DNA of 64,000 bases, taken from assembly GCA_964016885.1 (NCBI GenBank), contig OZ024746.1, forward strand, positions 27,714,001-27,778,000. Reading direction: 5' to 3'. Positions 27,201 to 43,190 of the stretch are shown here, one piece after another. Under the pieces are notes generated by a model, which had not been told where the DNA came from, did no database searches, and saw nothing but the letters and a program-made list of their open reading frames with translations. The translations under genes were made by a program, and so were the position numbers. The DNA is from Eledone cirrhosa. Taxonomy: Eukaryota. Each line of letters begins with the position of its first letter. Positions within the stretch are counted from its first letter, which is position 1.

Positions 27201-30200
27201 TTCTATCTCGGAGAAGATAGACGTGTTTTTGTTTCGCTCCTGCATTTTGTCAGAAATTTATTACGAGAAGCGGTAGGTTTGTTTAAGTAACTTGTTATTT
27301 GTTGTGTTTAAACCCTCGCCTGGGCCTGCAGACGTTGGGTAAAATAAATTTCGCCCTTTTTGGGGCGAAATTTAATAATTATAATTTGTATATGAAAAGT
27401 CGTTCAGCGGTAATGGACGCCATTAATACATCGCCTACGACACATGCCACGCCTCCCAAGGAAAGTGATAGAGAGAAGGTAGCAGCACAACGCTGTAAGC
27501 CTTCCCCCCTCACTCCCGCAAAAGACACCATGAACATGGATTTAAAAGAAAAATTTGTGGAAATGGGTGAAAACCCCAAAAGTAACAATTACGCAAACAA
27601 GAACAACAATAACAACAGCAATAATGACAACACCAAAAAAGGAAGTTAACACGAATAACACGGACGAGGACCCCTTATCAACGTTACCCAGTGACGACGA
27701 GAGAGAACCCTTTCAACCAGTAAAAAGAAAGAAAAGAAGGCACCAAATTAACAAAAATGCAATAAACACACAACCACCAGCACAAACAGAACAAACATCA
27801 CAAACAAAAAAACCCACACCTCCCGAAAACATAACACATACTACAAAACGCAAACACACACAAGAACAACAAACAAAAACAAACACAACACAACAAAAAC
27901 AGTATACATACATCAACACAAACAACAAAACACTTGTACAAACAATAGACAAAGACCCTTCGGTGGAAATCGAAGGGAAAATGTTCACCAACGCGGTGAC
28001 TAAACCGCATTTAAAAATGATTAGGGTCCCAAGGGACACCTACGCAATGCTCAAACAGAACTTCCCCGAGGACGTGGGGGACCCTGTACAAGACCTATCA
28101 ACCGCGTCCTTTTGAAATGTTTCCGCACCCCCCTCACCAATCACCCCCACCCCACCACACACTGATGTCCTCACCAGATCCCAAACCACCACCCCACCAA
28201 ACAACCCCTCCGACACCCCCATGGAAATTGTGCAGCCTGGTCCCCAGGAGAAGGACAGGTAGGTGTCTTTTCCTTTTTCTCCACTTTAACTCTTCACCAC
28301 CAACATGGCTGTTATAAGAGTTGGCCTGGGGATGTCCTGGAAGCAGGGCAAACTTTTAAATGACCTCAGGTCGCACAGAATGGATGTGATAGCTATTTGC
28401 GTGTCCAGGATCAGCAGAGAGCATCAACTGGCCCCCATCTTCGACGACTTTGAGATCTATGCATCTCTCCGTCAGCCCGGATGTGGGGTGTGTTGGGGTG
28501 TGTGGGTGTATGTGTGTGTGTGGGTATGTGTGTGTGTGTGTGGGGGGGGGGTCGTTCTGCTGCGAAAACACCTGGGCCTCGCAACACGGAAGGTACACCT
28601 GGATCCGGAGGGTCTACTGGTGGTTCTAGACGTCGGCAGTAGTGAAAGTGGAGCCTTCAGGCTGGTGGCAGCGTATGCCCCATCTGGGACACCGCGGACG
28701 GACTTCTTCCAACGCCTAGAGACTTTTCTGGGAACGTCCCGCTCCTTGCTTTTAGTGGGGTATTGGAATGGTATCCTGGATGGACGTTGGGACTATGTAG
28801 GGGCATGTCCCGATAGATTGGGGGGGGGGGGGGGTAACAGCCTCAAACGGTTAATCGACCGATTTCATCTGGCCGATAGATATCGACTAGATTTTCCGAC
28901 TATGCCACTGTGAACGTGGACCAATCGTAGCGGAACATCTAGGTCGTACCTAGATAGGTTCCTAGTTAAAAATAAGGATAGGGACATATTAAGCTGTCCA
29001 CGAATATTCATGGTTAACTATTCGGATCACAAGTTAGTGACCGGCGTAGTCAGACTTGATAGGACCCATAGAGAAGGACCCGGTTACTGGAAGCTAAACT
29101 TGTCCTTACCGACAAACAGAGCTTACAGTAAGCGGATTAGCACTTTAGTTAAGCAGCGGTTGACGGGGACAATTTGCAACAGCAGGTGGTGGGCCTCTCT
29201 CAAGAGAACAATTAGAATAGAATCGATAGGTTTTAGTCAGGAATTAGCATTAGATAGGAATATAACTGAAACGGAATTGATAGATAGAGTAGAAGAGGCG
29301 ATTAGGAGTGGCAACGTGGCCGGGGTGCTGGCGTCAAGAACGGCCCTAGACGAGTTCTTTGACGCGAAGAACGACGGCTGCGTTGTCAGGAGTAAATTAC
29401 GTGCTCTGGGTAACGAGGGAGCCAAATCTGTTATCTGGGCCCGAGTGACAGAGGCAAAAAGTGGAAACAAGTCCACGATTCGGTCTTGGAAGGACCAGGA
29501 TGGACGTGTGATCCTTGAACCTGAGCGGATGTGCCAGCCGGGTCAGGCCATGGATTTCGGTCCATACTTCGACGGTCTGTCGCGGCTCTCGGACGGTGAG
29601 GCGAAATCCTGCGAAAGGCCGATTTCAGCCACTGAAATAGGGGAAGCGCCGAGCCAATGCGGCAAACGCAAATCTCCGGGTCTCGATGGTCTACCATACA
29701 AACTTTATGTAGCGATGCCGGACTTGTTCTCCGATCTCCTCGAGGCGGTCTACTGCAATTGGCAAGAGAACGGGAGAATTCCCAGTTCTGTGACCAAGGG
29801 CGTAGTCACGCTAGTGAGGAAGGATGGGAACAAGAGGGATGACATAGATAACTTCAGGCCCATAATTGTGCTAAATACAGAGTTAAAGATTTTGGCCAAG
29901 GTGTTAGCGAAGAGGTTGGCGCTTGTCGTCGGGAACCTGGTGGGAGAAGCGCAGACATGCGCAGTCCAGTCAGGCCCATACACGACAACCCCCACCTTAT
30001 GCGATACATCGTAGAGAGGGTAGGGAATGAACCCGGCTTTGGTGGGGCCCTGATCAACTTGGATCAATCTAAGGCGTTCGATAGGGTCGACCATCGGTAC
30101 CTGGATGTGGTGCTCGCGGCGGCAGGGTTCGGACCCGTTTTCGGGGGCGGCATTGCTGCAATGCACAGCAGCAACACCTGCTCGAGGGTCAAGGTGAACG

Positions 30201-31974
30201 GCTACCTCTCGGAGCCGTTACAAATCACGCGATGCATCTGACAGGCATGCCGTCTCTCCTCCCTTCTGTATGTGCTGGCTCTCGAGCCACTACTGCGGAA
30301 GTTAGAGCTGTTGCAGGGCATCCCCTTGGAACCGGGATTGCGGAAAACGGTGTCGGCCTACGCCGATGACGTGACAGTAATGGTGTCGTGTGCCTCGGAA
30401 ATCGGGGAGATCGGGACCTTACTGGGACCTTACGAAAGGTTTACAGGAGTCAAGCTGAACCGGGACAAGTCCGTCGGTTTGCAACTCGGAACGTGGAGAG
30501 GCAAACCGATGCCATCCGACGGCGTCGTCGGACGCTGGACGGAGGGACTGGTGAAGCTGCTCGGGGTCTGGTTCGGACCGGACTTCCAGGTGGAGAAAAG
30601 CTTGGACGAGGTAAGGGGCAGGATGTTTGCACTCGCCCAGAAGTGGGCCGAGTGCAAATCTGAAAGGTCGAGCGGAGGTGGCGAACACTTATATAGCTTC
30701 CAAAATCTACTACCGCTTGACCGTCGTGCCTTGCCCAGCGAAAACGCTCGCCAAAATGGAGTGCGCGCTCTTCCGATTCCTTTGGAAGAAGCGGGCTCCT
30801 TTGGTGAGAAGATCCATCTGCTGTCAACACCCTTCGACCGGAGGGCTGAGGATGCCGTGGCTAACGATGCGTAGACACGCACTAAGGCTACGGCACCTGC
30901 AAGTATTCCTCACCAGTCAACCGGTGTGGGCCCCTTTTGTGAGGTGAGCCTTTCCGAGACTCGTCTCACTCACCATGCTGCAATCCTGGGTCAAGCAAAG
31001 ACAGAGAAAAGTGGGCGACTGGCACATTGAATGTGCCCAGGCGCTAACGGCCCTCTGGCAAGCGGATCCGTCAATCAGTGGAGACTCCACCTCAACATTC
31101 TATAGAGGGTTGGTGCGCAGCATGGTCGACGACGCTCTCAGAGAAGCTCTTGGCATGGAGGAAGACGAACTAGCCAGTCTCTTCGGTAGGACGTTTGGCC
31201 CGGGACCGATGGACAACTTCCAAAAGTCTCTGGCTTGGCAGTGCTACCGAGGAGCTCTACCCGTTCGGGACAAGCTCTACAGACACGGGCGCCCGGGTAG
31301 GGACCCCGCCAAAAAGATCTGTCCGAGATGCGTGCGTGACGAGGAAGCCGTCGCGCACGCATTCGTACACTGCCCGGGAGTTGCTGACCTGTGGGGCTAT
31401 GTGGAACGACTACTGTAGCGGGTGGGACCAATCCGGTTGACCACCGAGTACATTGTCACGATCAACCCCACCCCCCTTAAAAAACGAAGGAGAGGCGGTT
31501 TTCCTCTGTGTGATAGCTATGGCCAAGGAGGTTGTATGGTGGACGAGGTTGAAAGGGCTGAGGTCAGACACCTTTCTCTCCGGCCAACAACTGGTCCTTT
31601 TTTTCAAATACCATTTTAAAAGAAGGATCAGAATGGAGAGAGAGGTGCTCTACCCCAGCAAGTTTTATGAAAGGTGGGTGAAAGTGGCGAGAATGGCCCG
31701 AGTAAATGGGCCTTCTCTCTATTTCAGCCTGTAGGTGAGAGAGGAGGAGAAGGAGGATAGGAAGGGAGCACCCGTCCTTTGTGCTCCTGTGGAGGAGGGT
31801 TGCACATTTTTTTCGGGGGTGTGTGCGACCCACGTCAACGCCCCCTCTCTATTGAGGACTTCGATTGTTGAATTTGATTTGTTATATGTTTTTACACGTC
31901 CTTTAAATGTATGTAAACTCCCCCCTTGTATTTGTCCCAATATTTTATGCCCTGGTGGCAAATAAATAGAAAGT
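27201..31974 (+). mobile_element. Near full-length Tx1/L1-clade non-LTR retrotransposon (disabled)
   Basis: 5' UTR follows (TATC)n. A frameshifted ORF1 remnant lies at ~27392-28115 and ORF2 at 28305-31734, with AATAAA at 31961 followed by TATCTATC. Confidence 0.92.
28305..31734 (+). pseudogene. LINE ORF2 (APE endonuclease - RT - CCHC), multiple stops and frameshifts
   Basis: APE motifs LVAAYAP, GYWNGILD (GDWN), TWTN...YLDRFLV, SDHKLV, GPGYWKLN. RT motifs KSPGLDGLP, FRPIIVLNTELKILAK, LDQSKAFDRVDH, LALEPLL, SAYADD. C-terminal CPRC...HAFVHC. Confidence 0.93.
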
Positions 31975-31982
31975 TATCTATC

Positions 31983-33209
31983 AAAAGGAGCGCGCGCTCT
32001 TCCAATTCCTTTGGAAGAGGCGGGCTCCTATGGTGAGAAGATCCATCTGCTGCCAACGCCCTTCCAACGGAGGGCTGGTGATGCCGTGGCTGACGATGCG
32101 CAAACACGCGCTCAGACTGCGTCATCTCTACGTATTCCTCACCGGACAACCGGTGTGGGCCCCGTTCGTGAGGCGAGCCTTCCCACGACTCGTCTCGCTG
32201 ACCGAGCTGCAGTCCTGGGTCAAGCAAAGACCGAGGAAAATGGGCGACTGGCACATCGAATGTGCTCAGGGGCTCACAGCCCTCTGGCAGGCGGACCCGG
32301 CGATCAGTGGAGACTCCACTTCGTCATTCTATAGAGGGTTGATCCCCAGCAAGTGCGACGACTTGTTCGGTGAAACTCTGGGCGTAGAGGAAGACGAACT
32401 GGCCAGTCTGATCGGTAGAACCTTCCGTCCGGGACCGATGGACAACTTCCAAAAGTCCCTGGTCTGGCACTGCTACCGAGGAGATCTACCAGTTCGAGAC
32501 AAGCTCTACAGACATGGGCGCCCGGGCAGGGACCCTGCAAAAAGATCTGTCCGAGGTGCGTGCGAGACGAAGAAACCGTCGCGCACGCATTCATACACTG
32601 CCCGGGCGTCACCGACCTGTGGGGCTATGTAGAACGACTATTGTCGCGGGTGGGACCAATCTGGTTGACCACCGAGTCCATTGTCATGATCAAACCGCCA
32701 CCCTCCTTCAAAAACGAAGGAGAGGCGGTATTCCTTTGTGTGATAGCTATGGCGAAAGAGGTTGTATGGTGGACAATGTTGAAAGGGATGAAGTCAGACA
32801 CCTTTCTCTCCGGCCAACAGCTGATTCTTTTTTTCAAATACCACTTTGGAAGAAGAATCAGGATGGAGAGAGAGGTGCTCTACCCCAGCAAGTTTTATGA
32901 AAGGTGGGTGAAAGTGGCGAGAATGGCCCGAGTGAATGGGTTTTTCTCTATATCAGCCTGTAGGTTGAGGAAAGAGAGGAGGAGAGGAAAGGAGTACAAA
33001 CTCTTCGTACTCCTAGAGATGAGGGTTGCACATTTTTTTTCGGGGCTATGTGTTACCCATATCAAATGTCCCCCCCCCCCCCTATTCGGGAAAATCGACT
33101 AATTTTTAAATTACATTTGTGATAATATTTTACACGTTTTTATTGTATGTAAACTTCCCCCTTTGTATTTGTCCCCTTCTTTTGTGCCCCTGTGGCTAAT
33201 AAAGAAACA
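31983..33209 (+). mobile_element. Second, 5'-truncated copy of the same Tx1-like family
   Basis: Homologous to ~30753-31974 with many substitutions. AATAAA at 33198 is followed by TATCTATCC. Confidence 0.92.
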
Positions 33210-33313
33210 TATCTATCCGTCCACCTAAGTATCCGTCTGACTCACAGGGATGTTTAAAGAAAATGTTTCTTGGATAACAGCAAATATTTAAAGCTAACTG
33301 TCGTAAGAAATGA

Positions 33314-33873
<560 letters not shown>

Positions 33874-33979
33874 GAATGATCGAGAATCGGAATATCGGCC
33901 CACGAAATCACGATAAACAATATCCGACATGTGTGGCAGAGGGCTCAATAGTTTGGAAAAACCAGAGCTATAACTATCG

Positions 33980-34057
<78 letters not shown>

Positions 34058-34509
34058 TACATATATATGTACGTGTGCGTGTATGTATATATATACATCG
34101 CTTGTCAACTTGTCAGCCTTTGAACTAACACGGTAAACAATGTCCTTTCGATTTAAGATTTATTGTACTCTATGATCAAGCTTGTCTATCATATTATCCT
34201 GGTCGTATAGATTAACTGTCTCTGGAACACACTTTTATGTGTGTTCGGTGAGTTAGTATAAAAGCATATTTTTCAAGATGAATTATACATATATACATAC
34301 ATATGTTGTGTATATATATATATATATATATATTTATAACTTTGATTCGCCTAAAGCAAAAGAAGAGAAATAGTGTTATCTTCAATAATATGTGCTAACT
34401 ATTGCAACTATGACAGAATTAGAAACAGAATTATAGCTGAACTATATTCAATAGAAGTCTAAATTTCCTGTTTATTGGCGTTATATAAACGTGTGTTTTA
34501 CCAGTCTCT

Positions 34510-34732
34510 AATGTTAGTTTCTGATTTAGGCATAAGGCCAGCAATGTTGTTTTGTTGTTGTAGGAGTCGATTAAATCGACCCCAGTGCGTGACTGGTACT
34601 TTATTTTATCGATCCCGTAAGGACGAAAGGCAAAGTTAACCTCGGCGAGATTTGAATTCAGAAAGTAAAGGCCCGTAACTCGATGCTGCAAAACATTGTC
34701 CGACGCTCTACTGATACTGCCAATCCACCGCC
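34510..34732 (-). mobile_element. tRNA-derived SINE (Meta-SINE-like)
   Basis: Reverse complement GGCGGTGGATTGGCAGTATCAGTAGAGCGTCGGAC...GAATTCAAATCTCGCCGAGGTTAACTTTGCCTTTCGTCC...GTACCAGTCACGCACTGGGGTCGA. Confidence 0.85.
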
Positions 34733-35327
34733 CTATATCAAAGTTTCCTTAACACTCAAATACAGGATGGAACTATTAAATCCGGTAAATATAGGACGTC
34801 ACCACTACACAAGCTCAGAAAATGCTGAAAAATAGGATTTGTCGCCTAAATAAATTGTCTTGTAATCTCATTCTGTACACACACCAACACAGAAAATTCA
34901 GAATGTAACGAAAAATAAGTCGGTATGGTGTATGATCGTTTTAAACAAGGTTTTTACACGCATTGCTACTCCTTCATGAATCCTGATATGAGAATCAGTA
35001 CAGCCATTGCAATTAAAGGAAGAGGAGTCCCACATACGATTACTTATAAGACACTTGAAAGATACAGTCTTTACATCAATGATACCAAGAGACTTCTGTC
35101 TCTGTCTTAGTGAAAAATTGAGAATACTATACGGTCAATAATTATTTGACCTTAAATAGCGAAAAATTTAGAAGATGCCTCCATTTCAAAAGTCAACTGC
35201 TTGCTAAGTAGAAATACTCAACAAATTTAACTGATTTTCATCCACCTTAATTAATTTCTAAATTTTCGTAATATCTTTTCGTTCTCTTTCCCCATTTACA
35301 CATTACAATGCAACTTCTATACTACTC

Positions 35328-35407
35328 TACTCCAGGCATTAATAAATATTACCAGATAACTCCAGACATTAATAAATATTACCAGATAACTCCAGATATT
35401 AATAAAT
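35328..35407. repeat. 30-bp tandem repeat (~2.6 copies)
   Basis: ACTCCAGACATTAATAAATATTACCAGATA repeated. Confidence 0.85.
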
Positions 35408-36141
35408 TTACATTTTGGAGTTATTTCCTTTTGTTGTAAAACGTTTTAGGTATGAGTTCCGACCTTGGTGTATTTTCACCTAAGTAATTACCAAACTGGT
35501 CCATATACTGCAAAACAATTTGATCAGTAATTCTGCCAGGCTTTCAAACCCCATATATAATAAATTCAACAAGACAAATGCGAAAAAACTAAATTTCGGA
35601 ATATTCATTTTTGTCTCTTTTAACAGGAAATAAACAGATATAGTTTTTGTTTTGTAAAAATGATTTCATTATTGGCCACTAAGACTAAATGTAATAACTT
35701 GGCCCACCAATTATTGCCCCAGTTTCTCATAAGTAATTACAAGCGAAGACCTAGACTAGTTGAAGTAGTTTAGCACGAACTTCTTTCTGAATCAAAACAA
35801 TCATGTTCTCCGAAGCCGATAATAAAATGTCAATGAGAAATTAGATGTCGACTTTCTTGACATACTTTCCTTCCCTGTTCAATTTGCTCCAGGCTTCAGT
35901 AGAAAGACAGCATTAGCTGATGGAGTGGGTGGAGTAATAGATAGCCAAATTACATTGGAGAATATTCTATATATACTCGTATTTCTGCAGTTAAAGTTCA
36001 CCAAAATCGATGACAAAAATACATCCCTTTACACCTATTCAGTTATATCCTGATTCGGATCAGATCGAAAATAGAAACAGAATCTTGTTCTTTAGAAACA
36101 CACATACACACATACACACTTAAGCAACATATCGTCAGAGT

Positions 36142-36192
<51 letters not shown>

Positions 36193-36735
36193 TTTACATA
36201 TATTTAAAGACTACTACGGTAAGGGTATCTTTTTACTATACCTATAAATCAGGTCAGTCTAGTGCAGAAAGCTTCACAACTGGCAAGAATAATATTCTAA
36301 TTTAACTTCAGTTTAATAATAAACAACTAACTATGGAATGTTCTCCAGTCAATGCACACACCCTCACCGAACGCGCACGTGTGTGTGCGTATGCGTGAGT
36401 GCATCTGTGTGTAAATATATATATATGTAAATATATATATTGCAAGGTATGATTATATATACTCTGGAATGTTTCCCAACCGGAAGAGAGTCCGTCACTG
36501 TGACGACCCCTGTTCTAACTCCTTGTTCTATTGCAGCATATTTAAATCTTAACTGATTAGCTTCCTGAAGAACGTCCATTTTGTCAACGTCGCATTATTA
36601 CTGCACGGTATATATATGCATACCAACGTACGTATGTATGTATGTATGTATGTATGTATGTATGTATGTATGTATGTATGTATGTATGTGCATATACATG
36701 CATATAAATATATATATATATGCATGTATATATGC

Positions 36736-36790
<55 letters not shown>

Positions 36791-36874
36791 TGTATATATG
36801 CATGTATATATATATATATATATATGCATATGTATATGTATATATATATATGTATATATATGTATATATATGTA

Positions 36875-36911
<37 letters not shown>

Positions 36912-36912
36912 G

Positions 36913-36967
<55 letters not shown>

Positions 36968-37043
36968 GTATATATATATGTATATATACGTATATATGTA
37001 TATATATGTGCGTCTATATATACATGTTTATATACATGTATAG

Positions 37044-37089
<46 letters not shown>

Positions 37090-37127
37090 CTATATATATA
37101 TATATATATATATAAATACACATATAG

Positions 37128-37164
<37 letters not shown>

Positions 37165-37392
37165 CACACATATATATATATATATATAAGAAGAGAAAGA
37201 TAGCGTGTGAAAGTGCGAGAGAGAGAGAGAGAGAGTGCGTGTGTGTGTGTGAGAGAGAGAGAGTGAGAGAGAGAGAGAGACAATGGGAGAGAAAGGCAGT
37301 AAACTTTTGATTTAATTATTGCCAATTAACGATAAAGTGTTGTAACTTTATCTAAAATCTATGTAATTATTGTGTAATTATTAGTTATGCAG

Positions 37393-39300
37393 GTGTCGTG
37401 TGGTGTAGTGTGGTGTAGAGTGGCGTAGTGTGGTGTAGTGTGGTGTAGTGTGGCGTAGTGTGGTGTAGTGTGGTGTAGTGTGGTGTAGAGTGGTGTAGTG
37501 TGGGGTAGTGTGGTGTAGTGTGGTGTAGTGTGGTGTAGTGTGGCTTAGAGTGGTATAGTGTGGTTTAGAGTGGTGTAGTGTGGTGTAGTGTGGTGTAGTG
37601 TGGCGTAATGTGGTGTAGTGAGGTGTAGTGTGGTGTAGTGTGGTGTAGAGTGGTGTAGTGTGGGGTAGTGTGGTGTAGTGTGGTGTAGTGTGGTGTAGTG
37701 TGGCTTAGAGTGGTATAGTGTGGTTTAGAGTGGTGTAGTGTGGTGTAGTGTGGTGTAGTGTGGCGTAATGTGGTGTAGTGAGGTGTAGTGTGGTGTAGTG
37801 CGGTGTAGTGTGGTGTAATGTGGTGTCGTGTAGTGTGTTGTAGAGTGACATAGTGTGGTGTAGTGTGGTGTAGTGTGATATAGTGTGGTGTAGAGTCTCA
37901 TAGTGTGGTGTAGTGTAGTGTGTTGTAGAGTGGCGTAGTGTGGTGTAGTGTGGTGTAGTGTGGTGTAGAGTGGCGTAGTGTGGTGTTGTCTGGTGTAGAG
38001 TGGTGTAGCGTGGTGTAGTGTGGTTTAGTGTGGTGTAGTGTGGTGTAGTATGGTGTAGTGTGGTGTAGAGGGGTGTACTGTGGTATAGTGTAGTGTGGTG
38101 TAGTGTGGTGTAGTGTGGTGTAGTGTGGTTTAGTGTGGTGTAGAGTGGTGTAGTGTGGTGTAGTGTTGTGTAGTGTGGTGTAGATGGGTGTAGTGTGGTG
38201 TAGTGTGGTGTGGTGTAGATGGGTGTAGTGTGGTGTAGTGTTGTGTAGTGTGGTGTAGAGTGATGTAGAGTGGTGTAGCGTGGTGTAGTGTGGTGTAGTG
38301 TGGTGTAGTGTAGTGTAGTGTGGTGTAGATGGGTGTAGTGTGGTGTAGCGTGGTGTAGTGTGGTGTAGTGTGGTGTAGTGTGGTGTAGTGTGGTGTAGTG
38401 TGGTGTAGTGTGGTGTAGTGTGGTGTAGTGTTGTGTGGTGTGTTGTACAGTGGCGTAGTGTGGTGTAGTGTGGTGTTGTGTGGTGTACAGTGGCGTAGTG
38501 TGGTGTTGTGTGGTGTAGTGTGGTGTAGTGTGGTGTAGTGTGGTGTAGATAGGTGTAGTGTGGTGTAGATGGGTGTAGTATGGTGTAGATGGGTGTAGTG
38601 TGGTGTAGTGTGGTTTTGTGTGGTGTACAGTGGCGTAGTGTGGTGTAGTGTGGTGTAGTGTGGTGTAGAGGGGTGTAGTGTGGTGTAGTGTGGTGTAGTG
38701 TGGTGTAGTGTGGTTTAGTATGGTGTAGATGGGTGTAGTGTGGTGCAGTGTGTTGTAGTGTGGTGTAGTGTGGTTTAGTGTGGTGTAGTGTGGTGTAGTG
38801 TGGTGCAGTGTGGTGTAGTGTGGTGTAGTGTGATGTAGAGTGGTGTAGTGTGGTGTAGTGTGGTGCAGTGTGGTGTAGTGTGGTGTAGTGTGGTGTAGTG
38901 TGGTGTAGTGTGGTGTAGTGTGGTGTAGTGTGGTGTAGTCTGGTGCAGTGTGGTGTAGTGTGGTGTAGTGTGGTGTAGTGTGGTGTAGTGTCGTGTAGTG
39001 TGGTGTAGAGTGGTGTAGTGTGGTGTAGTGTGGTGTAGTGTGGGGTAGTATGGTATAGTGTGGTGTAGAGTGGTGTAGTGTGGTTTAGTATGGTATAGTG
39101 TGGTGTAGTGTGGTGTAGTGTGAGGTAGTGTGGTGTAGTGTGGTCTAGGGTGGTGTAGTGTGGTATAGTGTGGTGTAGTGTGGTGTAGTGTGGTGCAGTT
39201 GGTGTAGTGTGGTGTAGTGTGGTGTACCCGTGTTTATAGTTTAGTGTGATGTAGTGTGGGGTAGAGTGGTGTAGTGTGGTGTATTGTGGTGTAATGTGGT
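37393..39300. repeat. 10-bp satellite (GTGTGGTGTA)n, ~1.9 kb
   Basis: Direct reading. Variant units recur with a 160-bp offset (37501/37661, 37541/37701). Confidence 0.97.
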
Positions 39301-40668
39301 GTAGTGTTGATTAGTGTGGGTTTGTGCAGCATAATGTGCTCTATACGGTGACGGGAGGTTGTGTGTTGTAGGGTTGTGTGATGTACTATACTGTAGTGTG
39401 ATTTAGTGTGGTGTAATGTACTATGACGTAGGTTATGAAGGAGATGCGTGATGAGGTGCACGTTAATTTCACGAACAGGTTATCGATAGAAAATCCGGAG
39501 TGGTCATCGTCGTAACTGACTGAGGTCATTTGAATCCTCCACAAGCCCAGCTTAGCCGAATTTTTAAGAGGTACACCTCACTCATGATGTTCCATGTTCG
39601 GTCACCCTGCATTGTGAGAGAAATTGGGTTGACAGAAACGTTCCAGAAACTGGACGCATGGACTGTACCTTAATTAAATGGATCAGTCATGCTCCCTATT
39701 TTGTCAGACTGAGCTTCTCTGAGAATAACGGTTAGGATATAGATTTTTGTGAAATGATCAGCCACTTGCACTTTAATTCACAAGATGAATTTGAATTAAA
39801 TCATTCCCCATCGAAACCGACGGAAGATGCGCTATCGTTATCATCGCCATCATTAATAATCAAATGAGGTCTAACTATGTGTAATTGTATAATATATAAC
39901 AGATGTATAATTATATAATATATAAGACATCCTGATTGAAGAAGGTGTATTTATGAAGATCGACACTATTCCGAAATGCTTTTTGAATGTATTTAAAAAG
40001 GTGACCATACTGTTTGGATAGAGTCAGCACTTGTAATTTTACAACATTTCAAAGTGTAGTCCTATAACAGGCACTTATAGGTTCAGACATAAGTAAAGAG
40101 ATACCTTTCGTAGATGAAAGGGGGAAAGAAAAAGTAGATGAAGGAGAAAAACAGAAAGAAGATGATGAAGAAATAAAATAAAATAAAACGTATCTTTTCC
40201 GATTATGCTTCAACAATCCACAAGGACAGAAAAATTTTGTCGCTAAAGTTGCTATTATGCGTCATAAAATGTCAGTGAAAAAAAAACTAAAAGCAACTAG
40301 CAGACATAAGCATAATGCATACTAACTAGAAGAGCTGGAATTGGAATGAGAATACAATGAGTTGCTGGAGGGAGGCGGACGTTATTTATCTGTAGAAGTC
40401 TAGACACTGTAATTGAATATACGGAGCTCTCTTTACAATGTAAGGTGAAGAATCATATTTAAAATCAAGTAGACAGATTTATCTAACACAAATTGATCAT
40501 TGTTCACTCAGTCTGTGTCTTTTTTTTAAATTCAAATAGTAACCTTGTTTGCTTCTATGTGCATACACATAACTTAGAGACATACATACATACATACCCA
40601 ATTACAAACATACACAAATACACACATACATACTCATACACAGCTGCCGAGACAGAAACACACATATG

Positions 40669-40737
<69 letters not shown>

Positions 40738-40829
40738 GTATATATATATATACATATATATATACATATATATACATATATATACATATATATATATATA
40801 TATGTAAATATATATATATATATATATAT

Positions 40830-41046
<217 letters not shown>

Positions 41047-41128
41047 CATATATATATATACATATATATGCATATATATATATACATATACATATATATA
41101 TATACATATATATATATATACATATATA

Positions 41129-41169
<41 letters not shown>

Positions 41170-41407
41170 GTGTGTATGTGCCTGTCATTGTGTGTGTATA
41201 TATGTGTGAATATGTGCATTTGTGTGTGTATTGATATGTGCCACATTTTCTCTTTGTTCGTAGGTATTTTCAAATCAGTTCTTCCGCGTGTGTTGTATGC
41301 TAACATCAAAAAGTAATTTAAGTTCATTCGGAGGAAACAAACATTATGTTTTCAAATCATAGAAACACATTCACAAACACACACACACGCACTCACACAC
41401 ACACACA

Positions 41408-41442
<35 letters not shown>

Positions 41443-41454
41443 CATCATTTCATC

Positions 41455-41786
41455 ATTTCATTTTTACGTCCGCTTTTCCCTGCTTGCAAGGGTGGGACGG
41501 GAACTGATTCTGACTTGATTTCTACAGCTGGATGCCCTTCCTAGCACCAACCTCATTTACAGTGAGTGCTGGGTGCTTTTTTGCCGTGGCACCTACACGA
41601 CCACTTTGCAGTGGAATGATAAGGACCTCAGTCCCTATCATCTCATTTCTACAGCTGAGTAAACTGGAGCAATGTGAAATAAAGTGTCTTGCTCAAGGAA
41701 ACAACACACCACCCGGTCTGAGAATTGAACTCACAACCTTTCGATTGCAAGGCCAATGCTCTAACCACTAAGCCATGTGCCTCCAT
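41455..41786 (-). mobile_element. tRNA-headed SINE with central domain and LINE-like tail (second SINE family)
   Basis: The reverse complement starts GGAGGCACATGGCTTAGTGGTTAGAGCA...GAGTTCAATTCTC (A/B boxes), then GTTTCCTTGAGCAAGACACTTTATTTCACATTGCTCCAGTTTACTCAGCTG, with tail AGGAAGGGCATCCAGCTGTAGAAA. Confidence 0.8.
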
Positions 41787-41981
41787 AAATATATATATAT
41801 ATATAAATAATATTTACACATATATATATATACATATATATGTATACAATCGTACACACGACAAGAGGTCTATAAATGTACAGATATAAAGATGCATACG
41901 CATATGCATTTATAGACACACACACTTATGTGGGTAGGTAACCTATCTCTATTCCTTCCTCTCTGCATCCATCTACCCCCA

Positions 41982-42703
<722 letters not shown>

Positions 42704-42716
42704 ATATATATATATA

Positions 42717-42909
42717 TAGGAACGAGTAAGACCCCGACGGCTGAGCTCAAGCCGTTTCGACGGCTAATTCTGGACGGAATTAGCCGTCGAAACGGCTTGA
42801 GCTCAGCCGTCGGGGTCTTACTCGTTCCTATTACCCACTCTACTACCCTAAGTATTGAGTACTTTGGTGCGTTATCGTCCACCTGGTTCCTTACCACATT
42901 TCCTTCGTT
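42717..42909 (+). mobile_element. Fold-back copy of the 18947 family
   Basis: Nearly identical to 18947-19130, with centre CTAATTC-tggacg-GAATTAG. Confidence 0.85.
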
Positions 42910-43190
42910 ATATATATATATATATATATGTAAATAAATAACTTAGAGTTTAGACTCAATGGGGTCATTTACAATCATTTCAGCTCTAGGAATCGCTTCT
43001 GAGCAGTATAAATTAATATTTGATGAACATTTACATGTTTTAGTTACAATTGACTAATAAGATCGCTAGAGTGAAAAATCTTAATTCAACAACATAAAGT
43101 CTGCCTGTACGATCTAAAAAATAATAAATCAATACTCACAGACTCATATGGGCAAAAAGCCTTGGATATATATATATATATATATATATA

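Noticed and set aside
35800-35990. Possible hAT transposase dimerisation-domain remnant on the minus strand (IFSNVIWLSITPPTPSANA)
   Set aside because: Similarity is too weak without a profile search.
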